A stretch of DNA of 64,000 nucleotides. Origin: a virus. The DNA lies in the IMG/VR virus record IMGVR_UViG_3300048854_000056, positions 11,959 through 75,958 of that record, one strand, 5' to 3'. Below are positions 1 through 9,732 of this stretch, piece by piece (positions within the stretch are counted from its first letter, which is position 1; every line of letters begins with the position of its first letter). Under the pieces are notes generated by a model. That model did not search any database. It was not told the DNA's origin and saw only the letters and a program-made list of their open reading frames with translations. A program made the translations under genes and the position numbers.

Positions 1-2
1 AT

Positions 3-200
3 ACCTACGGCATCGAGGGGCTCTTTGCCCGGCTCCGTTGGTACTACTCTTTTGAAACCACAGGGGACCCGTTCAAGCTCAACAATTCATACCGGAGTCG
101 TTATGTACGTCTCATTATGGACACCGAGTCGGACCTCAAGGGATTCTTCCACACGCGAACTCTGATTGCTGGGCACAGGTCTCAGCAGAGAGCGGCGTAA
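3..200 (+). CDS. 5'-truncated hypothetical phage protein
   Basis: Open frame from window start to TAA 198-200 (...DPFKLNNSYRSRYVRLIMDTESDLKGFFHTR...); resembles a small conserved phage protein from recollection only. Confidence 0.5.
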   Translation, partial: TYGIEGLFARLRWYYSFETTGDPFKLNNSYRSRYVRLIMDTESDLKGFFHTRTLIAGHRSQQRAA

Positions 201-384
201 AACATCACGACACCAACCAAAAGAGGGGATGTACATGAAGCGAATCACGACGAGAAGGACGCTGTTAGTTATTTGGGCGATAGCTGGGAACGGTCGGCAT
301 GAGGACCGGATACGCCAGATGCTGCTCAAGAGAAATATGCTGCGGGAAGTTCGAGTACCAAAACACTAATAGGAAGGAGGGGCT

Positions 385-3186
385 GTGAAACAGAGACCAT
401 ATCAGTTAGAACAACTAGCTTGCACCAAGAAAGACGCTGACGCTGGTATCAGACAGCTCCTCATTGCGGCGGCGACAGGAACGGGCAAGTGCTTGGCTAA
501 AGGAACTCCTGTCCTTATATTCGACGGGACAGTGAAAAACGTAGAGGACGTTGTAGTTGGTGATCTTCTTATGGGTCCCGATTCCACTCCCAGAACCGTT
601 CTCAGTCTTGCACGTGGCAGGGAGGAGATGTTCACGGTCACCCCGGTAAAAGGTGACCCATACACTGTAAATCGCTCGCACATTCTGTCTCTCTACTTGA
701 CCCCCACAAGGGCAGGGAGAGTCCCAGAATACGTAAACATTTCTGTGGATGAGTACCTAGGGAAGCATGACTACTTCAAACACCGGGCTAAGGGGTATAG
801 GGTTGGAGTAGAGTTCGCAGAGTCCGAGGTTACGGTCGATCCTTACTTCTTAGGTCTATGGCTTGGAGACGGTGACTCTGACAGCAAGGACATTCACTGC
901 CCCGATGTCGAGGTGATCTCCTACCTAGAAGATTACGCGAGGCAAAGAGGGTTTACTACCAGCACTACCATCTACGGTGAAGGTGGCTGCCCTGTAACAA
1001 GGATTGTTACCGGCAAGCGCGGTCCCGGCAAGAAGTGCCCTATACTTGAGGGCCTTCGGAGACTGAATGTAATTCAAAATAAACACATTCCCCATGTGTA
1101 CAAAGCTAATTCGAGGGAGATCCGACTTCAGTTGTTGGCCGGGCTGGTTGACACAGACGGCAGTTTATCTTGCGGGGGATTCGAGATCACTTCTAAGTTT
1201 GAAGTGCTCGCAAACGACATCCTTTTCCTAGCGAGGTCGTTAGGATTCGCAGCCAATAAATCTTCTGAGATAAAGAGTTGCCAAACAGGAGCATCTGATG
1301 TTTACCACCGCGTCTTCATCAGTGGTGATCTATCCGAAGTTCCGGTAAAGGTCATCCGTAAGGTTGCACCCAAGCGGCAGCAGAAGAAGAACCACCTCGT
1401 AACGGGTATCCAACTCAATTCGGTTGGCGAAGGGGACTACTACGGCTTTGAGATAGACGGGGACAAATTGTTCCTACTCGGTGACTTCACGGTAACTCAC
1501 AACACTGAGTACATGGCCGCCCTGCCCAAGTTCCTAGGACTAGGTGGGCAGTCTCTAATCCTAGTGCATAGGGACGAACTGGCCGGGCAAGCTGCTAAGA
1601 AGATCAAGCTCCGCAACCCTGACCTCAAGGTCTCTATCGAGATGGGGGACCGGTGGGCCGACCTTGACTCCGACGTGATCGTAGCGTCGGTTCAGACACT
1701 AGGAACTGCTACGGGTATGAAGCGCCTAGCACGTTGGAACAAGGACAATGTAAAGCTAGTCCTTACCGACGAGGCCCACCACTCCACAGCCACCTCTTAC
1801 GTCAACATTTATCAGTATTTCGACATGCTGGCCAACCGGCCGGACAAGTTGAACGTGGGTGTGACGGCGACCCCTGGTCGCGCGGACGGCGTGGCTCTGG
1901 CAAAGGTCTACAAGAAGATCACCCACTCCTACCCGATCAAACAGGCCATCGAAGACGGGTACCTGTGTGACGTTCGGGCGATCCGCCTAAAGACCGGTAC
2001 GGACATTAGTTTCGTCAAGTCCACAGCCGGTGACTTCCAGCAGGGGCAACTCTCCGAGGCAGTCAACAACCCTAAGCGCAACCAGCTCGTAGTCAAGGCA
2101 TGGCTCGACAACGCTAAGGGCAAGGTCACCATTGCTTTCTGTGTAGATATCCAGCACTCCAAAGACTTGGCGGCGATGTTTGTCCGTCACGGAGTCAGGG
2201 CGGCGGCGGTATGGGGTAACGACCCCGAGCGTGCTTGGAAACTAGCCCGGCACCAAGGGCCGGCTGCAATTGAAGAGTATTGTGTCAATAACGGTCTTCC
2301 GGTTCCTTCCCCGGAGGCAATGCAGGAACTCAGTCTCGACGTACTGTGTAACTGCGACGTGCTCACCGAGGGATACGACGACTGGCGTGTAGCCTGCATC
2401 ATCATGGCGCGGCCGACGAAGTCCCAAGTAGCGTTTGTACAACGTGTGGGACGTGGTCTGAGGCTCCAGTTCGGAGTGGACAACCTCAAGGTTGCTCTTG
2501 CTGAACACTGGGCTCTTGAGAAGATCGACTGCCTCATCATCGACGTAGTGGATTCCACCACTAAGAACTCTCTGGTGACACTGCCCTCTATCTTCGGAAT
2601 GTCCGGGGATCTGGATCTACAGGGCAAGTCGGCTACCAAGGCTTACAAGGCCATTGAGAAGGCTCAGCAGGAGCACCCGAACGTTGACTTCTCCGAGCTG
2701 GAGAACATCGACCAGATCCAAGCCACCGTAGAGGCAGCGGACATCTGGGAAGTGAAGTTCCCCGAGGAGATTGAGAGCAATTCTCAACTAGCGTGGCACA
2801 GGACCTTCGACGGGGCCTACGTAATCAACATTCCTAACAAGGATGTGAAGGCTAAGGACCAGATCCAGATCCGACAGAACACCTTGGGTCAGTGGGAGAT
2901 CACCGCAGTCATCCAGTATCAGAAGTACCGGGGACAGCGGGAGACGCTGGAGAAGGCGCTACAGGCGGCGGACGAGCTTCTCATGTCCAAGGCAGGTGAC
3001 TCTATCATCGTCCTGAAGCGTGAGGCCGAGTGGCACGATGACGATATGACAGATGGTCAGGAACGTATGTTGAAACGCCTCCTCAAGGGCCGCCCGATTC
3101 CAGCCGGACTCAAGAAGGGGCAAGCATCCAAACTCATCAGTCAGATAGTTGCCGGAAAAGTTCAAGGCAAACAAGTAGTCGGATAA
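385..3186 (+). CDS. Superfamily 2 (DEAH/Res-like) helicase containing an intein
   Basis: Walker A ATGTGK|T split by an intein; LILVHRDEL, motif II LTDEAHH, motif III TATP, motif V DVLTEGYD, motif VI QRVGRGLR. Confidence 0.92.
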   Translation: MKQRPYQLEQLACTKKDADAGIRQLLIAAATGTGKCLAKGTPVLIFDGTVKNVEDVVVGDLLMGPDSTPRTVLSLARGREEMFTVTPVKGDPYTVNRSHILSLYLTPTRAGRVPEYVNISVDEYLGKHDYFKHRAKGYRVGVEFAESEVTVDPYFLGLWLGDGDSDSKDIHCPDVEVISYLEDYARQRGFTTSTTIYGEGGCPVTRIVTGKRGPGKKCPILEGLRRLNVIQNKHIPHVYKANSREIRLQLLAGLVDTDGSLSCGGFEITSKFEVLANDILFLARSLGFAANKSSEIKSCQTGASDVYHRVFISGDLSEVPVKVIRKVAPKRQQKKNHLVTGIQLNSVGEGDYYGFEIDGDKLFLLGDFTVTHNTEYMAALPKFLGLGGQSLILVHRDELAGQAAKKIKLRNPDLKVSIEMGDRWADLDSDVIVASVQTLGTATGMKRLARWNKDNVKLVLTDEAHHSTATSYVNIYQYFDMLANRPDKLNVGVTATPGRADGVALAKVYKKITHSYPIKQAIEDGYLCDVRAIRLKTGTDISFVKSTAGDFQQGQLSEAVNNPKRNQLVVKAWLDNAKGKVTIAFCVDIQHSKDLAAMFVRHGVRAAAVWGNDPERAWKLARHQGPAAIEEYCVNNGLPVPSPEAMQELSLDVLCNCDVLTEGYDDWRVACIIMARPTKSQVAFVQRVGRGLRLQFGVDNLKVALAEHWALEKIDCLIIDVVDSTTKNSLVTLPSIFGMSGDLDLQGKSATKAYKAIEKAQQEHPNVDFSELENIDQIQATVEAADIWEVKFPEEIESNSQLAWHRTFDGAYVINIPNKDVKAKDQIQIRQNTLGQWEITAVIQYQKYRGQRETLEKALQAADELLMSKAGDSIIVLKREAEWHDDDMTDGQERMLKRLLKGRPIPAGLKKGQASKLISQIVAGKVQGKQVVG
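490..1503 (+). mobile_element. Intein (338 aa) with LAGLIDADG homing endonuclease
   Basis: Starts CLAKGTPV at 490, ends VTHN at 1503, +1 residue Thr; LAGLIDADG blocks DPYFLGLWLGDG and LLAGLVDTDG; removal restores GTGKT. Confidence 0.93.
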
Positions 3187-3191
3187 ACGGC

Positions 3192-3220
3192 TCGACACCA
3201 AAAACAAAACGGAGTATAAT
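3192..3220 (+). promoter_or_regulatory. Sigma70-type promoter with ACACC-N11-GGAGT dyad
   Basis: TCGACA-17 bp-TATAAT. Confidence 0.65.
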
Positions 3221-3223
3221 CGA

Positions 3224-3430
3224 ATGATGACGTGGCAATCAGAGACATTGTTGTCGGCCGTATTCCTAGCCAGTTTCACCTACGCAGCGTTCCGAGTGAC
3301 CTACATAGTCAAGGCTGTTCTCTCCCATAGGCGGGAGCGTAGGGCACTCAGTCGCTACCGGGTAAAGAACGCAGAGCTGCACCGTAAGTTATCCAACCTG
3401 CACCAGACACACAAGGAGACGGCAAGATGA
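3224..3430 (+). CDS. Small hypothetical protein with N-terminal hydrophobic helix
   Basis: 68-aa ORF, hydrophobic stretch then basic tail; coupled to next ORF. Confidence 0.5.
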   Translation: MMTWQSETLLSAVFLASFTYAAFRVTYIVKAVLSHRRERRALSRYRVKNAELHRKLSNLHQTHKETAR

Positions 3431-3756
3431 AGCACGATTGGAGCCATGCGGTAAGGGACCTTACCTGCCAGCACAAAGCCGCGAAAGAAGCCGCTTCGGA
3501 ACTATGGTCGCAATTGCAAGAGGCAGCCATAGCAGAACTTCCGGTGGCGGTCGGTGACAAGGTTGAGGTGGGGTCCTACGGTGTGACCAAGGTTGGCCGG
3601 GTAACGAGGGTGCGGGTGGATATAGAGAGTTATACGGGCGCATTGGAATACCGTTTCTCTGCCTACCCGTTCAAGAAAGATGGGACGGTTTCCCCAAGTA
3701 GGGGAGATCAGTTGCTACTACAACGACAAGTACACAGTTCTAGAGAAGGCGGCTAA
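3427..3756 (+). CDS. Hypothetical protein
   Basis: 109-aa ORF with ATGA overlap and GGAGA RBS. Confidence 0.6.
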   Translation: MKHDWSHAVRDLTCQHKAAKEAASELWSQLQEAAIAELPVAVGDKVEVGSYGVTKVGRVTRVRVDIESYTGALEYRFSAYPFKKDGTVSPSRGDQLLLQRQVHSSREGG

Positions 3757-3765
3757 GCCCTAACC

Positions 3766-4230
3766 ATGTGCGAATTATGTGAACTCAAGTCAAAGCCGCT
3801 CGACACGGCGTACTTCCGTAAGAACCTGACTGAGATGTACCAGGGAATCTCAGCGTCTATGTCAAGCCGGCAGGGTGATGGAGCACTTCGTCAGTTCTTT
3901 GTGAAGCTACTCCGTGACACTGCTGACCAGATAGAGATGAACACCGTAGCCGAGCGATCCTTTCGTATTGACCTCCGTGAGATAGATAACACCGTCAAGG
4001 AGAAGAGTCGAAAGGTAGATGTAGGACTCCTCAAGGAAGAGGGGGCGTTCTACCAACAATACGGCACTGTTATGCCGCACAGTGTGCGTGCGTCGATACG
4101 AACAAGGATCTGGGACTCCCTAGAACAGGAGATTAGTGATGTTGGAACTCAACGAGAGCCAAGTGGCAATGATGAAGGAAATGGCGATTCTGGAGCCGCA
4201 ACAAATAGTTATACGGAAGGCTCCGACTGA
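3766..4230 (+). CDS. Hypothetical protein
   Basis: 154-aa ORF in co-directional gene string. Confidence 0.6.
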   Translation: MCELCELKSKPLDTAYFRKNLTEMYQGISASMSSRQGDGALRQFFVKLLRDTADQIEMNTVAERSFRIDLREIDNTVKEKSRKVDVGLLKEEGAFYQQYGTVMPHSVRASIRTRIWDSLEQEISDVGTQREPSGNDEGNGDSGAATNSYTEGSD

Positions 4231-4423
4231 CCTGCCCACCAAGGCAGAAGAGTACGACAAAGTGAACAAAGATGTGGACGCCTTGATTGCGGCCGGGTTC
4301 ATTCAGGACATCACCAACGCAGTTAGACAAATAGATGTTGGGCGTAAGTACCGGGTAATCACCATCACCGTGTTGGGACAGGGTTTCTTCACCGAAGGTG
4401 CTGCGGGGGTCGGGCGTGCCTAA
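4136..4423 (+). CDS. Hypothetical protein (true start may be downstream)
   Basis: 95-aa ORF overlapping the 3' end of the previous gene. Confidence 0.5.
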   Translation: MMLELNESQVAMMKEMAILEPQQIVIRKAPTDLPTKAEEYDKVNKDVDALIAAGFIQDITNAVRQIDVGRKYRVITITVLGQGFFTEGAAGVGRA

Positions 4424-4445
4424 CCAACAGGAAAGGGAAGTGACG

Positions 4446-4703
4446 ATGAGCTTGTACCACGGTGGTAATCGCCATTCAAACACCATTTACGGTGATGTAA
4501 AGGACTTCCATAGTGGGGAACTTCTTATATCTGCCACACATGACTACTGTGTCAGGGCTGTCAAGGATAGGGGTTGGAAACTAAGACTTCCTCTCCCGGT
4601 ACATAAGTCCGTCGATGAACTTGGTGCAGCACTCTGTGACGAGATGACTGCTAATCTCCGCCACAACGTAGGTGAGGACAAGAAGCGAAGAGGTGAAGCG
4701 TGA
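4446..4703 (+). CDS. Hypothetical protein
   Basis: ATG 4446 (MSLYHGG...), GTGA overlap with next gene. Confidence 0.55.
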   Translation: MSLYHGGNRHSNTIYGDVKDFHSGELLISATHDYCVRAVKDRGWKLRLPLPVHKSVDELGAALCDEMTANLRHNVGEDKKRRGEA

Positions 4704-5686
4704 GCACTGTTGTGAGTATGAAATTCGGGTCTCACTTGTATGGGACCGACACGCCAGAGAGTGATCTCGACTTCAAGGCTGTACATCTTCCTACCGCTAG
4801 GGAAATCCTGTTACAAAGGGTTCCCAGTTCTGCAAAGAGGCAGCAGAGAGAAAAAGCCGAAGGAGAGCGCAACAATTCCAATGATGTTGATGAAGAGAGC
4901 TACTCCTTGCAGCGGTTCCTTGAGCTGGCCACCAAGGGGGAGACGGTAGCACTGGACATGCTCTTCGCTCCTGACTCTGCCTTACTCAAGAGCAGCTATC
5001 TTTGGGGCGAGATACGAAATAACCGTCACAGACTGCTCACTAAGAAGAGCACAGCGTTCGTAGGTTATTGCCGGAATCAAGCCAACAAGTACGGCATCAA
5101 GGGCAGTCGGGTGGCGGCGGCAAAGGCAGCGAAGGATTTCTTTGCTGAACTTATCGACATCCCCCTGCCCACCTCCAAGGTGGGTGCATTCAAGCAGAGT
5201 CTTGGGCAGCTTATTGCTGAGAATAGCGACAACATGCACATCATCACCCAGGACACAACGCCGGGACATTCCGAGACCTACTTTGAATGCTGCAACCGAA
5301 AGGTAGGCTTCAATAACACGGTTAGGGAGGCGCACGGTATTTTCTCTAAGATCTACGAGAACTACGGTACCCGCGCAAGACTTGCAGAGAGCAACGAAGG
5401 GGTTGATTGGAAGGCTTTGTCGCACGCTGTACGGGTTGCAGAGCAGGCACTAGAACTCCTCAAGACCAGCCACATTACCTTCCCACTAGTGAACGCTGCC
5501 CACATCCTAGACATCAAGAAGGGTAGGGTGCCATACCAAGCGGTTGCAGAAGAGATCGAGGAGTTACTTATCCAGGTTGAACAGGCGGCCGAGTCTTCCA
5601 CCTTGCCAGCCAAAGCGGACACAACGTACATCGACGACCTCGTAGCAGATGTTTACGGGGAGATAGTGAGAGGAGAGGGATTATGA
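4700..5686 (+). CDS. Pol-beta superfamily nucleotidyltransferase (RlaP / T4 NrdC.11-like)
   Basis: N-terminal GSHLYGTDTPESDLD motif (GS..SDxD), later DEESYSL and C-terminal helical region with ALSHAVR. Confidence 0.8.
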   Translation: MSTVVSMKFGSHLYGTDTPESDLDFKAVHLPTAREILLQRVPSSAKRQQREKAEGERNNSNDVDEESYSLQRFLELATKGETVALDMLFAPDSALLKSSYLWGEIRNNRHRLLTKKSTAFVGYCRNQANKYGIKGSRVAAAKAAKDFFAELIDIPLPTSKVGAFKQSLGQLIAENSDNMHIITQDTTPGHSETYFECCNRKVGFNNTVREAHGIFSKIYENYGTRARLAESNEGVDWKALSHAVRVAEQALELLKTSHITFPLVNAAHILDIKKGRVPYQAVAEEIEELLIQVEQAAESSTLPAKADTTYIDDLVADVYGEIVRGEGL

Positions 5687-5952
5687 GCAAAGTTGCAAAG
5701 AAGTCAACGGTAAGATCCACCCCTGTAGCGGCATTCATCCAAAGATTCACACAGTACACCCCACAGTATTTTTCCTATCTGTTTGGGGACGGGGAGTGGG
5801 TTAGTGTAAGCAGCTCCGCCACGTTCAGCACGATATCCGGGGCGAAAACCGCAATCAAGAAACACAGGGAGAAGTTCCCTTCTCCGACGGATCGCAAGTT
5901 CCGCATCGTTCGGGAGACTCGGTCCACGGAGATCTACGAGGTATCGGCCTAA
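5683..5952 (+). CDS. Hypothetical protein
   Basis: 89-aa ORF translationally coupled on both sides. Confidence 0.55.
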   Translation: MSKVAKKSTVRSTPVAAFIQRFTQYTPQYFSYLFGDGEWVSVSSSATFSTISGAKTAIKKHREKFPSPTDRKFRIVRETRSTEIYEVSA

Positions 5953-6215
5953 TGGCGGACACTCAGAACACTCAAGCTCCTGCCCATGCCATTGAAGTAA
6001 CTATCAAAATCGGAGCGCATGACAAAAAAGGGTTACTGTGCTTTCTAGAGGAGGCTACGTCGGAAGCAAAGAACGCTACCAGCGACTACTTCGGAGGAAT
6101 GCTTAGTGCGGGGTGTAGCGGCTCCTACTCCGTAGATGTACAGCGTCGGAACGTGACCGCAGAGCAGTACCAGCAAGAGCTGAACGAGTGGCTCGAGAAA
6201 GGCAGGGATAACTAA
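5952..6215 (+). CDS. Hypothetical protein
   Basis: 87-aa ORF, TAATG overlaps. Confidence 0.55.
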   Translation: MADTQNTQAPAHAIEVTIKIGAHDKKGLLCFLEEATSEAKNATSDYFGGMLSAGCSGSYSVDVQRRNVTAEQYQQELNEWLEKGRDN

Positions 6216-6424
6216 TGACGAAGGACCAAGTGCAGGATATACGGGGACTCCACCTGCGAGTTGTTGTTACTGCTCTAGACTTAGAGCGAGCGCAGTTCGC
6301 ACACAACCGTGCTACGGCTGACCATGAAAACTACCTTATTCAGCAACACAACGAAGCGGTAAGACGTCAACACGAAGACATAAAACAGAGAGCCGAGCAA
6401 GAAAAGGCGAAACAGAATGGCTGA
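6215..6424 (+). CDS. Hypothetical coiled-coil protein
   Basis: 69-aa ORF coupled to primase-helicase. Confidence 0.5.
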   Translation: MTKDQVQDIRGLHLRVVVTALDLERAQFAHNRATADHENYLIQQHNEAVRRQHEDIKQRAEQEKAKQNG

Positions 6425-8396
6425 CGCTAGTTCAAGCAAGATGATTCAGTACGCCCAATCAAAGGGTTGGGGGTACAAGGAGACCGGGGACCAGATCATC
6501 CTGGACAACTGCCCCTACTGCGGAAAGTCAGACCACTTCTATGCAGCGGTAACCGGCACTAAAGACGGGCTTCATGAATGCAAGAAGTGCTCACAGTCAG
6601 GCAATCTGTACGAGCTGATGAAGTCACAGGGTGACCGCGACCCTAACTTCCAATCACAGAAGGACTGGGCCGGTAACAGCGACAAGACGGAGGAGCTGCC
6701 CAACGTAGACCGCTGCCATGAGGCGCTGATGCAGGACCAGGATGCTCTGGACTTCCTTATGTCCACACGCGGCTTTGACCTGAAGGTGATTCAAGAGCAG
6801 AAGATCGGCCTTACCCCGAACCGCTACTTCAGGAATCTGAACAAAGAGACTAAGGCGATTGTCATCCCGTACCTCAAGGACGGACGACCAGTCTTCGCCA
6901 AGTACCGTAGCTTTCCGCCGGACGCGAAGTCATTCTCTGCCCCTACTGGCTGGGACGTGCCTCTTTACAATGAGCAGACCATCACCGAGGAGACGAAGGA
7001 GATCATCTTCGTTGAGGGCGAGTACGACGCGCTGTCATGCCTCTCCAACAAAGTCAAGGACGTGGTCGGTGTGCCCGGTGCCGACATCAAGAAAACCCTG
7101 TGGGTTGACCTGGTGGCGCACGTAGAGAAGAAGTACATCCTCTATGACAATGACAAGAAGGGTGAGAAGGGCGCACAGGCCCTAGCTGAGAAACTGGGGC
7201 TAGACTCCTGCTACAGGGTGGTCATTCCACCATTTACCTTCATTGACGACGAGGGCAATGAAAAAAGCGGGAAGGACATCAACGACTGGTTCAAGCACGG
7301 CGGCGGGGATCTTGAGAAGTTCCAAGCTCTACTCAAGGCCGCTAGGAAGTTCGATGTCAAGGGTGTCAAGTCGCTGGGCGAATCACTCGACGAGCTAGAA
7401 GCAGAGTATGAAGGTAAGGAGAAGGACGAAGCCAAGTACATCACCCAGTGGGATAGTCTGAACTACAAGATCGGGGGCTTTGAGGACGGCGACGTTATCG
7501 ACCTGATCGCAGGGGGCAAGGTAGGTAAGAGCACGGTGGCCCTGAACATGATCGACGACCTTGTAGCTCGCTACAACGAGCCCGGTGTGTTCATCTGCGG
7601 AGAGATGACCCAGGCACGTCTAGCTAGGAAATGGCTGAGTATGATTACCCAGACAGACGACTCCCCGGCCAAATCAGAACAGGACAAGATAGACAAGGTC
7701 AAGCGCATCCGTGAGGCCATTCCACTGGCTAAGAGTATTCTGCGTTCTAGGGAAGCTGATCTCTACCTTGCCTATCCGCAGATCCGGGAACTGGAAGAGT
7801 TGTACGAGATGATGTACCAGGCCAAGCGGCGCTACGGTGTCAAGTTCATGGTGCTGGACAATCTTCAACTGTTCTGCGACCGGACACTCAAGAACGACGC
7901 GCACAGAACGATCCACATGTCCAAGCTGTCCAAACAGGTGATGTCGATCAACAAGGAACTAGGAACGGTGCTGTTCCGTATCATCCAGCCGCGCGGCCTG
8001 AAGGACGATAAGATTGCCGATGGTAACGATGCAGACGGTTCGAGCCAGATTCTCAAGGACTGCGACCTGTCGATTGGTCTGCACAGGAACAAGAAGGCGA
8101 ACATCACAGCGCGGGACTTTGAAGCGATGGGCAACTACATCGACGAAGAGGATGCACTGGAGCCGCAAATGCTGTTCAATGTTGGTCACTCGCGCTACTC
8201 ACCAGGTGGGAAGGTTGTTCTGGAGTTCGACGGAGCCACATCGTCTGTACGAGAGATGCCCAAGGACAAGTCTAGGATAGTGACCCAGTCAACCACTTAC
8301 AAATCCGGTGAAATGCCCTCAGAGTCTTTCGCAAAGATCATGACGGGCGCGATCATATCAGCGGCCAAGCACGAGGCAGAGCAGGTTACGATCTAA
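6417..8396 (+). CDS. Bifunctional primase-helicase (T7 gp4/Twinkle-like)
   Basis: Zn finger CPYC..CKKC, TOPRIM (FVEGEYDALS, YDNDKKG, KDINDW), DnaB-like helicase (GGKVGKS, VLDNLQ). Confidence 0.9.
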   Translation: MADASSSKMIQYAQSKGWGYKETGDQIILDNCPYCGKSDHFYAAVTGTKDGLHECKKCSQSGNLYELMKSQGDRDPNFQSQKDWAGNSDKTEELPNVDRCHEALMQDQDALDFLMSTRGFDLKVIQEQKIGLTPNRYFRNLNKETKAIVIPYLKDGRPVFAKYRSFPPDAKSFSAPTGWDVPLYNEQTITEETKEIIFVEGEYDALSCLSNKVKDVVGVPGADIKKTLWVDLVAHVEKKYILYDNDKKGEKGAQALAEKLGLDSCYRVVIPPFTFIDDEGNEKSGKDINDWFKHGGGDLEKFQALLKAARKFDVKGVKSLGESLDELEAEYEGKEKDEAKYITQWDSLNYKIGGFEDGDVIDLIAGGKVGKSTVALNMIDDLVARYNEPGVFICGEMTQARLARKWLSMITQTDDSPAKSEQDKIDKVKRIREAIPLAKSILRSREADLYLAYPQIRELEELYEMMYQAKRRYGVKFMVLDNLQLFCDRTLKNDAHRTIHMSKLSKQVMSINKELGTVLFRIIQPRGLKDDKIADGNDADGSSQILKDCDLSIGLHRNKKANITARDFEAMGNYIDEEDALEPQMLFNVGHSRYSPGGKVVLEFDGATSSVREMPKDKSRIVTQSTTYKSGEMPSESFAKIMTGAIISAAKHEAEQVTI

Positions 8397-8401
8397 ACCA
8401 C

Positions 8402-8430
8402 TTGACACCAAATAAAAAAGGGAGTAGGAT
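8402..8430 (+). promoter_or_regulatory. Sigma70-type promoter with ACACC-N11-GGAGT dyad
   Basis: TTGACA-17 bp-TAGGAT. Confidence 0.7.
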
Positions 8431-8481
8431 TTAGATACTGGTTGGTTGTCAATTTCCTTTGTATAGGGGTCCACACTAACA

Positions 8482-8512
8482 GCCGGTCCTGTAACGGGCC
8501 GGCACTCTTTTC
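8482..8512 (+). terminator. Intrinsic terminator-like hairpin
   Basis: GCCGGTCC/GGGCCGGC stem followed by CTCTTTTT. Confidence 0.55.
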
Positions 8513-8533
8513 CCCAGGACGGAATCCACAAAA

Positions 8534-8944
8534 ATGTCACGTAACAAGTCAACGCAGGAAAAACCTGCTATCAAATCACCCATAAAGACAGTGGTCAACA
8601 ATGTCCCACAGCAATCGACGGTCACTGCCCCTTCTGTCACGGTACCAACCTTAGACCCTTTCTCCCCGGCCGCTAATAAGGCGATGGCAGCGGAAGTGCT
8701 GAGCATGGTTCCTAAGTTCACCTACGCCATCAAGGTATTCACTCTAGAGGGGATCGTTGAGATAAACGGTAAGAGCCCGGTTCCCCGCGCTGAGATTGAC
8801 GCCGCTGTGAGTCGGGTGAAGGTAGAGGGTGCCGTGTTCCTCAAGGACGACAACGGTGTTATCACCTCCACCACCTTCATGCCTGCACACATCCTCAAGA
8901 TCATTGCCACCCTTCACCCGGTAGAGACCGGTGAAAACAAGTAG
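8534..8944 (+). CDS. Hypothetical protein
   Basis: 136-aa ORF. Confidence 0.6.
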   Translation: MSRNKSTQEKPAIKSPIKTVVNNVPQQSTVTAPSVTVPTLDPFSPAANKAMAAEVLSMVPKFTYAIKVFTLEGIVEINGKSPVPRAEIDAAVSRVKVEGAVFLKDDNGVITSTTFMPAHILKIIATLHPVETGENK

Positions 8945-9317
8945 CGCGAAGGCCAAGGGACGGCGTCACCAACAGGCAATAAGAGACGCACTCCTAGAGA
9001 TCGGTAAAGCACACGGTCTCGAAAAAGACGACATCGTCTCAACGGGGATGGGCCAGTCGGGCGTAGACATTCAGTTCAGCCCGGCCGCGCTCAGGATCTT
9101 CAACCTAGACATTGAAGCCAAGAACAGAGAATCCCTAAACGTATCGACCACATTCTTTGACCACCATAAGAAGTATGCCAACAGGTCAACCCTGAAGATC
9201 CTAGTCCATACAAGGAACCGCACTGAAGCACTGGTTACCCTTCTTTGGTCAGACTTCTTAGCACTACTGGAGGAATCCATCAAAAACAAAGCACAGAAGG
9301 AACTAGATGCAGCCTAA
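8931..9317 (+). CDS. PD-(D/E)XK nuclease, putative Holliday-junction resolvase (T5 D14-like)
   Basis: KAKGRRHQQ N-terminus, GVD, IEAKNRESLN catalytic pattern. Confidence 0.7.
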   Translation: MKTSSAKAKGRRHQQAIRDALLEIGKAHGLEKDDIVSTGMGQSGVDIQFSPAALRIFNLDIEAKNRESLNVSTTFFDHHKKYANRSTLKILVHTRNRTEALVTLLWSDFLALLEESIKNKAQKELDAA

Positions 9318-9732
9318 GTCATCGCAGGAGTCACGAGAGCAGGAGAACAAGTCCGCTTTCGATGAAGTTATCGACCATTACCACACTGTAAAGTCCGCAG
9401 CCGGGGGAGTCATCAAATCCATCGACTACTCCAAGGTGAATGAGGGTGGAAACACCTGCAACGTTGTCATCATGTCCCCCATTGATTTCCTCTGTGATGT
9501 GGAGCTGGCTGCACATAAGGCCCTCGCGCACAATCCCTCCCTGAAGAAGTTGTTCACAGACTGTTACGTGACATGCATCCAAGAGCCGGACACACAGAGC
9601 CCTGAGGTAGACAAGGTGAGGACCCTGGTAGGTCTGGCGTTTAGTCAGAAGCGCATCTTCCCAGTCTCTTCCTACTTCAACCCCAAAGTAATCGACCGAT
9701 CCAAGGTCAACAAGGAGCGTAAAACGGCATGA
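9307..9732 (+). CDS. Hypothetical protein
   Basis: 141-aa ORF coupled to neighbours. Confidence 0.6.
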   Translation: MQPKSSQESREQENKSAFDEVIDHYHTVKSAAGGVIKSIDYSKVNEGGNTCNVVIMSPIDFLCDVELAAHKALAHNPSLKKLFTDCYVTCIQEPDTQSPEVDKVRTLVGLAFSQKRIFPVSSYFNPKVIDRSKVNKERKTA

